Of a stretch of DNA of 64,000 nucleotides, positions 35,101 through 48,570 are shown piece after piece. Below the pieces are notes generated by a model. The model was given only the letters and a program-made list of their open reading frames with translations, was not told where the DNA came from and searched no databases. Source of the stretch: Fimbriosthenelais zetlandica (lineage: Eukaryota); NCBI GenBank assembly GCA_977030845.1, contig OZ365112.1, positions 14,446,001 through 14,510,000 of the forward strand, read 5' to 3'. Both the position numbers and the translations under genes were made by a program. Every line of letters starts with the position of its first letter. Position 1 is the first letter of the stretch.

Positions 35101-38100
35101 TTCCCTCCTCGAATAATTATTGTAGGATTGGAAGAAAAAATGCCGTTATGAACACTTGCATCATGAGGCTTGGCCACATAATGATATGAAAATCCTGGGG
35201 TTAAAAAGTGTGAAGGATTATAGCAGGAAGAGAGTGGTTGGTACTGATGTGGCTTTTAAGTTGTTCATTTTATAGTGGAAAGCGGGATTGTAATATTCAC
35301 TGAGTTCATATACTTGAATGTATTTTTGTTTCATCCTGAACACTGGCAGATAATGGTTTGATTTCTTCCAACAAAAAAGCCTTGTAAATGTAGCGGTTCT
35401 TCCGGCCTAGTTCATTTCTGCTTCGACTACAAGTGTTTGACGGTCTATAGACCAATATTTAATGTTTTTTCTTGGGCTCTATCTTACATCATCATATATT
35501 ATATAGGAATACTGGGCAATAGTCACCACAGTGTAAACGAACCTCCTCCATCTGTTTACCTGCTTCTGTCTGCGCATAATTTCGGTCTAACATTACAATT
35601 TCTTATCTCGCATTTTGTCTGCATGACAAAGCCATGTTTTAGCCCAACGAACTTTTACCGCACAAGTAGAATGACAGTATCTTTGTGCTCGGTAGGAATA
35701 AATGAGCACATTGAGGGAGAGGTGTATTGAGAGGATGAAAAAACTACAGCATGTCTGTAGCATGTCACCATTTTAAGCAAGATGAATATCTGATTTATGA
35801 TAATGAGGCCAGTGAAATGAAATATCCAAAGGGAAACAGGCATTTAATATTGTGATAGGTGTGCTTGACACTCTGGATGATATGGTTAACCTGTTTTTAA
35901 AATCTCCCTTTCTCGCTTCCCTGCATTTAAACTCGTGATGTAACATCAGTTTCTGCCTTAAATACCATAATATGAATAGCACTGAACTCCACTGAAAACA
36001 AACTTGTGAAATGCTTTGAATTCCTCTCACGAATCAAGGGGTGACTATTCAGTTCATTCTGAGGACAAGTTACTATGACAACCACCATGAAGTTTCCTAA
36101 GGCTTGACCCTTATATAAGGAGTAACACGTACAATTTTGTGTACAAGCAATTCATAGATGACATTGGCTTGGTCTATATGGGGTCCTCGGAAAGGCAGAA
36201 CAAAATATATTTGAAATGCATTAGATGAGCTTCATTCCAAATACATTCCAATTAGCAATGTTAAGTTTAAATATGAAATGTTTAGTTTTATTATGCTGAA
36301 ACGCTCCCCCCCCTACCCCTGGTAGCAGACAGATTGACGACAAAGATATTTACTAATAAATATCCGACTACTAAATTTCAGAGAATGAGCTTGAAAGTGA
36401 TGAGTCACTTTGAAAACAAATAAAAACAATGTGATGATTCAAGACAACCGTTTTATGTGAGAGTTACATTGGCGTCCCTTTTGAGTGCCTTGCCCTGTAA
36501 TTCCATGTCAGGGAGGCAGACAGGAACCTGTCATTAAGGCTGAATGATTTGTCAATATGACATGAGATACCCACTGTCAATCATCCATGAAAGCCAAGGC
36601 CATATGTGATGTGATTCTTCTTTCACACAAACTCATCATATTGCTATTGCATACAGGTGTGGCAAGGTGACCTTATTCCCCTCAGTGACATTCAACATTG
36701 ACTTTTCCATTTTCAGAACACTATCCCTTTTCCATTTTCTACTCCACCTCCCCTATAATCACATGTCTTCTGAACTATAATGATGTTATATCTAAATATT
36801 ATCCATACTATGTTTCATCTTTCTGTCCCTCTCTTTCATCTCTATTCCTCTCAGTTCCCTTCTCTTTCCCCTTTTCTTCATCTCTCTATACTTCTCTCAA
36901 ATCCGCCCTCCCACTATTCCTTCCTGCCAAAAGAGGATGCCCCAGAGTCAGCTCATCATTGCAATTGATCCCAGCAGTCATTCTCTTCCCCCCTCCCACT
37001 CCCCCTTCCCTTCTGTCTTAGGTTACCATTAGCAATCTGGAAAGGACAGGTAAAACATACCATATGCAAATGTGCTCCGGATCCTGAATGGAGCTACTCC
37101 GATTAAAGCTGCACTGGCTTGTAACTAATGTCCCCGGATGGATTTGGATCCGCTCTAGCCTAAATGTTAATGTCACTTTGAGCTCCAGACTTCATCGATT
37201 GGTATGAAGTTAATTCTATAGGCAAATTCACCCATTCTTGCAAATGATATATAATGATAAACTTTTCCAGCAAAGGTCAATCAATGAGCATGAAAAGATG
37301 AGTGAGTTATAGACTAATAGTGGACAAAACAAGGACCATGGAGGCAAGAGTTTGTAGAGTTAGATGTAGAGTAGAAAAGCGTTGTATGTTCATGAGTTAA
37401 GGAGGGTAGAGGGATGTGCATGTTTTAGAGGGGGCCCACTTGATGAATCTCATATTCAATCCATGTTGGTTCCGGAATTGTGTAAACAGTGAGTAGACCT
37501 CCACACCTGGGCGCCCAGTGTCGCACGCATCCACCCTACACAGGGAGAATGGAAAATGTCCTTGTGTTGTGATACAGTCAATGAATGCCTGCTATCTCTA
37601 ATATTCACCAGCCAGATGGGACCTTTCAGCTCAGGTCCCTGTTTACCAAACATAACGACACATAGAAATTAGCGCAATATGTATACCACAGTCCAGTCTA
37701 TTTCAATCTAAGTGGATAAAGGTTGGAAGCAGTCCACAGGGATGTGTACGAAGTAGGTGTCATACCAGAAGCATGACTGCACCAGAAACAGTAAATATTT
37801 AATGACATGCCAAAAATAAAGTGTTATTATGCATGAAAAATTCAGTTTCAAAGTGCGTTGTGTTTACATAGTAGAAATTGGGCTGCTCCAGAGGGACAGC
37901 CGAGGCGAAGTCAACACTGCTGTACATCTAAGGGGGGGCCTCATCACCGAAAAAATGTGACTGGTTTTATGAATGCCTCAATCAATTCTTTAAGTCAATT
38001 CATTGATTGCTTATGGTTAGTAAAACAAAGATTCTGTCTTTTGTTCTCTGTGCAGTTGACCAGATTGTTTTTGTCATTTAACAAGCCCTCCATTGAAAAG

Positions 38101-41100
38101 AAAACGAAGGGAACATCAAGAATGGTAGATGTTGGCTACTTCTCGTGCAATGCTGAATGCATGAGTTGCCCAATTCAAAACTTTGTCTCTCTTGAAAGAA
38201 AGGTGTCATCTTTGTTTGCCTTCATATAGTTCCTATGGAATAGGGCATTCCACTTCATTTCTATGGAAACAAGAATCAATGTAGGCTATAAAGGCACACA
38301 TTTCTTCATGCATGTAAAATTCATATCGAGTAAGGACCATTGTTTAAACTATTACAATCAATTGGTGGGTCGAGGCCAAAACGGAGGACGAGGCCCAATT
38401 GTTGGCAGCCGTTGCTATAGGCCCACTATATAATGCTTCTTAGAGACAATAGTTGTCATGGAAAGGGCCCTCTGGGTCAGAAACAATGGAACCTTGAATT
38501 GGCCTGAAAAGAGGCGTTCATGAAACATATGTGCACACTAAGTGGTATCTACATAGTAGGAACTGACAATTCATTAAGTGCCTCGGATTCATGAATGGGC
38601 CTTCCTTCTGCCCATTTCAATGCCATATTTGGTTTAAATCGTTTAAATTAATTTCACAAATTTGATAGAAATGTTATTTATATGCCTTATAATTATAATA
38701 TAAGCCTAAAATATTAGATCTGCTCGTATTTTGTTGGAGAAAAGTTTTTTTCAATAAGCTCTCAATAAATATTTATAAATAAATAAAGTATGAATTTCGA
38801 CAGGAAGAACGTTTTATAATTCTAAATGTACAATTCATCGCTTTATTCTGTGGGCTATTTCACTTGTTCCTTAGAAAATCGATGGCTTTTGATGTGAGAT
38901 TATACATAAATGTATCCTATATCGACTCTTCAGTGTGTAGACACTACAGCGTGATGTCAATAATGGATGGCAACACTCAGTGGTAACACCAATCTAATAC
39001 ACATCCATCGATCAGAACCAGTGCCAAACTTAACCATGGATAAATGGCTTTAAATTCATTGCTCCTTAACCAAAATCAAACCCCGATCTGAAAAATCCTT
39101 GAGCACAAGTTTCCTTCTGGCACCAGTGTCTAAATTTGGAATCCTTTAGATTGAATAGGAATTAAACCCTTAATTGGGAATGATTTTCCACTGAGCGGGC
39201 AGCTTTAATTCTGTATGTATTGGAGTTTAATTGGAGGGATGTCTAAATGGTAGTAAATCATGGTAAGGTGTTATCTAACGCCATATTGACACCATCAATA
39301 GGTGGTCATACCTGGTCCTTTAAAGCTGTACAAGGGGGAGTCTCGTCCTCTCAATGATATATGTGCAGAGGGACTGTTTTATGGGCGCACTAATAGAGGC
39401 CGCTGGGCCGCCCATTGGTTTATTGCCGGCCTGAGGGCGAGCATTGCCGGTCAGGCCGCGCCCAGCGCCCGGCCCCCGACCAGCGAGGTGATGAGCTCGT
39501 TTGTCGCGGTTATCAAGTTTTCACCTGGGAGCGTGGACTTGGACATTAGTCTGTGTCACTTGGGGATGAGAGGCAGGAGGATGAGGAGAAAACGAGCATT
39601 TAGTGCCTGTAGTCGGACTTTTGGACTATTTCAAATGCTTGTCACATGCTCAATATCAAACTTCCTATCGCTATACGTCTTTAAGTCCGTCCTATAAAGC
39701 TAGAAATTTGCAATTCTTGGCCTAACGATGCGCCCGCGCAATGCCCAAACTATTTTGCTAAAGGAACTACCAATTTAAATTGTATGTCCTATATATTTCA
39801 TGGAACATTCGAACCAAAGATTCAGAAAAGTATGCGAAGAATTTTTTTTAAATATGCTGCCATAATTAGGCTATAGGTTTGCGTTTGGCGGGGACACTGG
39901 TTTTCTTACCTGTAAGAACTCCCCTCTTTAGTATCACTGGAATGAAATTTATTTGTAGTAAAATTACTTTTGGTGTTAACTTTAGTTAACTTTAGAAAAT
40001 CTTTTTGACGCGAGTTCTGACGCGACAAAATGCCCCTATATATACTTGGAATTATAATGTGACGTTTTGGGACAAATAACTAATTTCTGGCCTATTTATA
40101 AATACGATCTTAAAGTTGCCTGTCTTGATCTCACGATACCCATGGTTACGAACTGTCCACCGAAAGAAAGCCACCTATACCCGGTACCCCTTTACCTCAC
40201 TACCTCACGAAAGCTGACTTTGCTGCCAACGCAATATTAACCCATATAAATTTATAAATCCTGTTTACACCTATAGGCCTACAATGAGAAAAACATGTTC
40301 TATTCTACACTATGCTTACCATGATTTCTTTCGAAAGGGCCGTACATATGATGTACTCTCAAGATATATGACCATGTTTTTTCTCCTGATCAGTAGGCTA
40401 TATTTTGCCTTTCGGGTTCGGGGACCGGGCTCCCAGTTCTAAACATGCGAGTGTTGACCGGCTTTCTCTTCAAGTAACTCCTCTAGATCACGTGAGCATG
40501 ATGTTTTTGAGATTTCCTCCAGGGTGACGTGTGTATGCATGTCTTTACACACGATACTGGAGGTAATGGTGGAGAGCTTTGTACCTCCTTCCTCCACGCG
40601 CGTGCAAAATGCTACCATCTTATGAAATTTCCATTAGCGGCCAGGGGAGAAGGGGGCGCCGAATTTTGCGTCCGAAAAAAGGTTTTTCGGGAAGATTAAC
40701 GCAGGAAAGCGAACTAGAAATGCTGAAATTCCCTCTCCATTTCATAGCAAAGGGGTCTATTTCAGAGCAAAAGTGCTTGATATGAAACAAGTATGACTTG
40801 AAAGCCTGCTTCCTACCTCAATCAAAAATTTTCGTCTAATTTTAAGCCTAAGTCCATTCCTCTCGGGATGAAGCTGTAAACAACTGTTTCGAAAAGAAGT
40901 TCTAGGAATGCCACACCATAGATTTTATATCTTTTTGGCAGCCGTTTTTTTTTCATATGCATTCCTAACAGCCATAGTATATAAAAATAAGAATACGACC
41001 AACCAGACATTAAATTATGCCGCTCTGGATGCAGCAATGTATTTAGCCTGAGGCTCCCAGTATAGCGTTATGAATTCCGACCTTTCGGCCATCCTCCTTG

Positions 41101-44100
41101 ACGGGAAATGAAACGCATATTGTGAGGGTCTTTAAACGTTCAGACACTGTCCTCTTACATGAGGTGTTCTCTGACCAGGAAAAAGCTGTCAGATCATAAC
41201 TGTGATTGATAAACACACATACCTAACTGTAACCTAGCTTAAACTCACTGAAAAGCGCTTTGATTGAGGCAATATATATAGAGAGACCTCGCGACGCGAA
41301 ACAAACTTGGGGGTAGTTTCGTAATAAAAGGTGTGCTATTAAAGTGGGAAGTCTACATGAATATGGGATATTCGTGCAACTGATTTGCCCTTCGTATTTC
41401 CCAAAGTGAATTGTGTTATGCACCATCATTTCCTAATCCCAGTACTATACTTACTATCTATAATAAAACAAGCTTTATAGTACTCACTAGTATTTGGTCC
41501 TATTTCTACAGTTTTGAGAGCCGCGGGGTACTTTCCACGTGTTGTCCAAGCCCTGGGCACAGGATACTTCCATAATGATGATTGAATAGCATTTGATGCC
41601 ACTTTTCATTGCGTGATGTAACCTAAAAAAAATAACATACACTTTTACTGCCTGAAAATCTAACATGTTGGTTAGTATTTCAGAGGAGATGGGACCCTGG
41701 ATCTTTTTTACACATGGTACTAACACCTGTCACTCCTCAATTTTTAATGTCAGGATGGCCAGAGGAAGTATACCGTTGATGTCATTTAATACTCAGGTCA
41801 TATGTGTTTAAAAGTATTTCAAACGGTGAATATGAAGGCCGTGCTGGATATCAAATTATAGCGATTAAGATCAGTTTAATAAGTGATTATCATTTTTCTT
41901 CGAATATTTATGATTGGATTTATTCCAATGACAAATATTATATCAGTCTATTCAAAATACAGTAACCAATAGGTTTGCATCACGAATGAGGCAGTAGAGT
42001 GTTTTCTATATAAAGGCAGTGGACTGATCAGTGGAGTGGGGCAGTTTGATGATCAAGCTAGCTTGAGCTGGAGTAAATCAATATGCTAGATACCTTATCA
42101 TTGCTCTCCCCGATAAGCCTGGCCTGCCACAGTGTTCATTTACATAATCACATGGGAAGATCGCTTATGACAGAAACTTAAAGGCGGTGGCAAAAATATA
42201 ATTGATCTGGATAATAAAAGCTTTACATGTCTAGGGTGCAGAGAAATCAATTTTTCCTCACTGAGACCTTTCGCTATGTATAAATTTGCCTCATATGCTT
42301 TCATCCATGTATCATAATAGTAGGCCTAGTGACCATGTCACAGTTAATCGAAAAATTCTATCCAAGAAATGGTGTATAAATTAGGTACTTTGAGATTTGC
42401 AAACGATGATAAATATAATGACATGCATCTGAGAAAGTAACCCAAGAATTCTTTGGACCATCTATGATCATAATATTTGAAACATATTTGAGATGTTCGC
42501 ATTTGCCTTGACAGACATTGACAGTATTGAATCCTGTCTGTAGATACACGTTATCCCTGTCTACATAGTGTCAGTGACAGGGACTGTCATAGAGTGACAG
42601 CGGACTGACACCTTCACTGACAGCTACTGATGGAAGGCAAAGTGTCCCCCCTCAGGCATCGACATTTTATCACTCTCTTAGCTCCATGTTCATTTCTACT
42701 TTATATAAAATCATCATTAATGAAGTTGATATCTCACCTCACTGACTCAAATATTTATAGGTCTTTTTCAAATCAATATTAGGCACAGGCTTAATTTCAC
42801 ATTTCAAATGATCCCCGCTGGATAGGCATAGAGTTCATAGTCTGACTAGGCCTATTATATGAACAGGTTGCGATGAATGCATATAAAAGTGTGCATATTA
42901 TGAGAACGATGGAATAACTGTCTGAAATATTTATCTGAAAACAGATAATTTGACACAGTCACAACTTAACGATAGGCAGTGAACTCCTCATGCGTTCCTC
43001 TAGTATTCTGTGTTAGTAAACTAGATGAGAAAATGACACAATGTCGGATATGACAATATTTTGACACTGTCATATATATATATACAAATCATTATAATAG
43101 GCCCATTCTACATCAGTCACTTGTCATACTATGCTTCTTTCCCATTCATTTAATTTATTTTTCATTCTTTTGTTATTGGATTTCCAGGTGTGAATTGCCA
43201 AACCTATTCCACTCACCTACACGTGTATCTTTATCATAGCCTCTAAACACCTACAAACATCAAATAGATATGATTTATGAAATATTCAGGGGCCAGATAT
43301 CACATCCTAAAGGTCATGAATAACACTTGTGTCGTGTAATACCTATAACCTCATCCCCCAAGGCTAAACGGACGAGGTCTGCCCATTATATCGGAATATC
43401 GTTCATTGTCACTAATTGTGTATGGAAATGAACCCGCCACATCACTTCCTCCTACATCTTGGTACGATGTGGACATGATCAGCAGGTTTTAATTTTGATG
43501 GCACTAAAATATTGATTATGTACATTCATTTAACCGTTAGACGACGCAATTATCATCTGCAATTTATTATTTTAAGCTAAGAAAGCTCCGGTGTTTGGGA
43601 GTTGGGGCTCTTGAGTTTTTGCCATCATTAAGTCTTTATCATGTGGCTTCTCTAATCATTTAATTAAATAGGGCGTATATTATGACATATGGCATGCTAA
43701 TTGCAATTGAATGGTGTCAGCCATGATTTCTCTGGTTTTCAATAAACATCGGTTAACTACATAGAACACTAGCAGATAGTGTCTATAATTAACTAGGGTT
43801 CTGACGCCACACTTGATCTTGAAAAGACTTTCTCATTACGACAAACTCTCCCTTGCTTTTCCTGTTTGTTCATAGCCAACTGACTTTCCTCTCCCAAGAT
43901 CCCTTTCTTTCACTAGTCCCTCTTTCAGTTTGTTTTCACTGATCGTTTTGAAACATTCTGCGTTCACCATTTTCCCTCCCAATGTTATCTTCCCCTTGAT
44001 CCTATTTTCCTTAATGTCTCCTTCTCTGGGTCCATGTCACTGTTTCTCACATGGTAGGAAAGCATTTAACCTGCACTCATTGCCATCAGGCTGTCAGGAT

Positions 44101-46226
44101 GCGGACAGATTGTCATCCTCTGATGTGACATGTAGCTATGTTCTCTCTTTAATCGTAGTACTTTACTCTCTCTAACCACTGCCTATCTACAAACCAACTA
44201 ATGAAAGCCAACTATCAACTCTTATATATGTACCTATCTCTCAGTCCTTGTCAACAATTTCCTACTTTTCATGAATATTTCTAGGTTAAAATTAGATCTA
44301 AAAGTCAGAAGTGGTATTTCATTACAGGAAAATTGGGGCTTGCATATCCCAAAGTTACTTTTCAAAAATTAATAAAATTACAATGTTTTTTCGTGAGAAA
44401 AAGCAATATATGTTGCTACCTATAGAGTACTGCAAGGCTGGTGTAATTTTAGACATAAATAATTTTTAGATGTGGGGAAGATATGTTTCCTGTATCCAAC
44501 CATTGAAATCTGCCCACATGTATTTTAGGGAGATGTATATAGACATATCTTGTATACATCACCTGTCGGTGGCAGGAGTAGGTAAGAAGGGAGGTTAGGG
44601 AGGGAGGAAGGTGGCTATAGAGGAGGGCGGCGTCTGGACCTAAATTAGTTTGACCAGGGAGGAGGGTTATCGGGGTCCGGACACTGAGTGATCCGTCATA
44701 CTCATGTCAAGAATCAGGCCCCTAGTAATCACCCCCAAATATGTAGCTCTATACCTGAAGACTAAAGCTATAGAAGAGGAAAAGAGGAGACAGTGGCGTG
44801 AACCCAAGTATATAGAGCAAAGGGGGGCTGCTATACACTGTTCCCAAAAACATATTTTGTTCTTGTTTTTTTTCTATTTAACGTTTAACAATGAACCTTT
44901 ATGTTGGCTGTAATCTCAATCATAACATGAGAGAACGTTCAGGTGACTGAGACCTTCCAGCTTAAATGCCCTTTTTGATTCAGAAGGCAGCGAAAGGTTT
45001 AGTTTAGAAGATTTCATATAGAAGACCAAGCCTGTATCTAGAGGCATATTCAGTGCCATTTTGTGAGGATAAAGGAAAAAAGACCTTCTGCCTGGTGCCA
45101 GCCATTATTGGCATACAAGCAGGGACATAAGTGGTGGTAGGGTGCCATTGTACTGTGACATGGAAGGGAGGAAGTTTGGGAAGTATTCTACAACATGTGC
45201 ACTCTAAAGTAGAGTTTTCTGGAGAACCTTTGACCAAGAAAGCCAGTATTCTATAGGTCAATTGTATGCCTATGTATGAATCGGCCAAGGAAATCAATGC
45301 ATGCTCCTGTTAATATTGCAGTTCTTAGGATTCATGCACATCGATCTATAAATATATCAATAGTATGCATGGTCAAGTCATCTTCCTTCCAGAAAAAAAG
45401 CTCCAGGGGAGAAGTAAAGGCTATCATTGGCTAAATAATAGGGCTAGCTGGGGTTAGTTGTCTCTTCACACATCTTCCCCGAGTGTTTCTCTGGTCCCGC
45501 CCCATTGTCCGCCTTGATCGATCACATAAATATTTAGGGGCGGGGGTAGAGTGTGATTAACTTGGTCCGCCGACGGTTGCTGGCTAGCTTATCAGAGTCA
45601 GGGTATATATGCTGGAAGGATTTCATGTAAGGCTGGCGGGTGTGTGAGACAAAATCAACCCCTCTATAATAGGTATATATAGAGGCTTCAATGTAAAATA
45701 GTCTCAACCTAATTAGATTCCATGAAGGGCTTCAGTTCAAATTTCCAGAAATCATGCTTATCTGCGTCTGTATTCCCCTCGTGATTTTAATATATTATGT
45801 CATGCTCCACATTGAAAAAATTAAGAGTCAAATAACAATTAAGGGTTCTTTGTAGTCCAGGTACGTCCAGTGTTGGCTAGATGGGGGTGGATATTGAGGG
45901 AGGGGAGATGGGTTAAGAAAGGGGTTATGTGAATGGGGTAGGGTGTCTGTAATGGAGTCAGAGACTGGGTGTTGCAGGCTGCCCATCTGCCTTGTCCCCC
46001 CTTCCTTTACTTTGACAAATGATCTCATGAAAATGACATCAATCTTAATCAAGACACTCGTCCCAACCCTCTCCCATGGACTGGACGCCATTCCCTATAT
46101 TTCTGGATTGAACTTTTGTTTGAAGAAATCAACTCTTTGCAAGTGATTGAATAGTGTCCCCCAGCTCATTTCCAATATACTTTAATTTGCATCTAACTAA
46201 AAGACATTTTTATTCCTGTTTTTCAG
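26121..46226 (+). other. Hox1 intron, 20,106 nt, phase 1
   Basis: GTGAGT donor; branch-like CTAAC at 46193-46197; polypyrimidine tract and acceptor tttttattcctgtttttcAG. The phases join as G+CA = Ala and keep the frame. Confidence 0.88.
30306..30404 (+). repeat. Polypurine tract with (GAA)7 (30306-30326) and (AG)9 (30387-30404)
   Basis: Directly visible tandem units. Confidence 0.85.
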
Positions 46227-46540
46227 CAACGAAGGTTGATTATGGTTACGTACCTCCCGGACAACCGAACATGGGTCGGACGAACTTCACCAATAAACAA
46301 CTCACGGAGTTGGAAAAGGAATTCCATTTTAACAAATACCTAACACGGGCGCGGCGGATCGAGATTGCCGCCGCCCTAGGACTTAACGAAACTCAGGTGA
46401 AAATCTGGTTTCAAAACAGACGGATGAAGCAAAAGAAGCGAATGAAGGAGGGGAGCGTCCCAGGAGTAGTGACTAATGGTACAAATGGTACAACGACGGA
46501 AAGCCAGGATCCCTCACTCACAAGTGAAGACAGCAGATAA
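46227..46540 (+). CDS. lab: Hox1/labial exon 2 (homeodomain and short C-terminus)
   Basis: (A)[76 protein letters not shown]...SEDSR*, a diagnostic paralog-group-1 homeodomain ([38 protein letters not shown]). TAA at 46538-46540. Spliced CDS is 945 nt, 314 aa. Confidence 0.97.
46265..46444 (+). other. lab: Hox1 homeobox (180 nt, no internal intron)
   Basis: 60 codons from P(CCG, 46265) to M. Confidence 0.95.
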
Positions 46541-47005
46541 AGGCAAATGGAACGTCGAGAAAAGACAGTGAGAAAAGAACAATTATACGAGAAAAACAAA
46601 GCATTTTTGTTGAACTTGAAGTGCCCAAAATGTAGGACTTTTTCTGGTGAAAATGTGTTACTGTACAGTCAAACGATCACTTTTTTCAAGGTGGAAATTT
46701 TCATTGTCAAAACTGCATTGCCGCTATATGTATTTAGGGATCAACGAAGTTTATATTAATGCCAATACTGAGGCCAAATATTCCCTAAAGACTTCCCGCA
46801 GTCGCCAATTTCCCCTCGCCCTCGCTCTCGGATGCTGTAGGTGAAATCTTGTGATTGTGTACACGCTCACTTCCGGGACGTCACGAATGCTCCATGCTTT
46901 CAGCGGAAGGGCAGAGAGGAGTGGTGACAAACTGTATTAAAACGCGGCAATGGCCTGTAAAAGTGTGGTAATATTGTGATGCACTGATTAAATACAAAAT
47001 ACACA

Positions 47006-47027
47006 TCGAAATCGGTTGAACAGGGTA
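47006..47027 (+). promoter_or_regulatory. miR-10-family target site 1 (8mer plus 3' supplementary pairing)
   Basis: tcgaaaTCGGttgaACAGGGTA. The ideal complement of UACCCUGUAGAUCCGAAUUUGU is ACAAATTCGGATCTACAGGGTA. Confidence 0.7.
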
Positions 47028-47857
47028 TTCTAACACGATTCGAAAACTATTTTCCAAGGTGGCGGAGGAATACACGCTTTTGTAGCGTTGTGACTTGCCG
47101 CGACCAGCGAAAGAACAGTTGAACTGTGGCCGGGATCAAGCTCTCGCGTGGCGCGAGACTTCGCGAGAGACAGGAAAAGGAGAGGCAGAAGGGCCCGTTG
47201 CGATCATCATCGATCTAATCAAAGTCGTCTGTTCAGTATGACGTCATCATAATCAAAGCCTAATAAGGAAGGGAACGCCATAAATGCAAAGCAACACGCC
47301 ATTGTGCGTGCAGACAGAATGAACTATCTTCCTCGACCCAAGCCGAGCTCTCCAGCTTTGGAGGGAGTAATGAGGTTGACGTTGGTGGCACACGACTAGA
47401 TATCTTATCAGAAAAAGATTCTTTTGTGAAAAAGTGAATAGATTAATCACCCTTTTCCTCCTGGCTGCATTTATGGATGAGAGATATATTGAAATTTTAA
47501 ATTTTGTGTTCCAAAATTATGAACTATATATAGGTAATATATAACTGTTCCGACTTGATAATTTGCTTAACTTAAAGTTGGTGTTTGAACGCGTATACAT
47601 ATATCAGTGCCAATGTTTTGGAATTAAAAGGCTGGGATAAAAATAAAAGACGTTCAAAATGAGATATCCTGACGGAATGTTGAAACAGTGAGATTGAAAC
47701 AATGGGAAAACATTACAGGTTTCTGTGATGTTTGAAGAATGGACGGGTGGACAGAGGAAAGATAGGGAAGAGAAGGGAAGAGGAAGACAGGAAATGAGAG
47801 CAAATTCTGCTCTCATTTTGACAGACTTGAAATAAAGGCCACTTCTCATTGTTGTGA

Positions 47858-47867
47858 CTACAGGGTA
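47858..47867 (+). promoter_or_regulatory. miR-10-family target site 2
   Basis: CTACAGGGTA is the complement of miR-10 nt 1-10. Confidence 0.55.
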
Positions 47868-48570
47868 AAAACTAATCTTTCACTTATTGTGGTGCACTCA
47901 GTTCAACATGCGGTTCTCTACACCCATGTTGTGTGTCTATACAAGTTAAAAAATATTCATCAATGAATCAAGTATGTGTACATAAAAACACTCGTGTCTA
48001 GGTAATTTTCATTGAAACGGCAGTCACACACACAGATTGACTGTGTTTTTGCAACACTGTCATTACACTGGAATTCAAAATAGTACGTCATGAGAACATG
48101 ACAAACCCTCCACTGATAATCATGATTTTGGTTTTGCATCATTTTGTTCAAGTTAATATCTAATGTAATTCATTTTACACCTGCCGAAGGAATCAGTAGG
48201 GTAGGAGAATTCGGTGATTTTGAATTGTTTTGATTCTCATGGACATCCGCTGATAATAATTATTTTTGTTTTATTTATTACCAGGATCTCATGACAAACA
48301 GTAATTCCCATGTTAAGTTTTCTCAAAATGACCACATTTTTGTCTACAGAAACCATAAATGAATCAAACTGCAGACTTTCTGAGATAGTTCAATAGGAGT
48401 TAATGCGCTCACCTTACGTTATCTAAGCAGATTATATTGGCTGTTTTATTTTTAATACTCAACTTCAGGAAAGGAGACCACTAAGTGCAATAATTAATAC
48501 GATGATATTATACAAAATATACGTGATGCAAATATTCTTGAAGTTCGATAAGTCAAGCAATGAACGGAAG

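Noticed and set aside
43150-43190. Strong-looking acceptor (tttccAG|G) as a Hox1 cassette exon
   Set aside because: No convincing downstream donor that gives a frame-preserving exon.
46154-46226. N-terminal extension of the 128-aa ORF ([10 protein letters not shown]...)
   Set aside because: It is intronic branch-point and polypyrimidine sequence upstream of the acceptor.
47006-47027. A mir-10 or mir-993 gene on the minus strand
   Set aside because: The match is partial and there is no flanking hairpin. These miRNA genes normally sit near Hox3-Hox5, outside this window.
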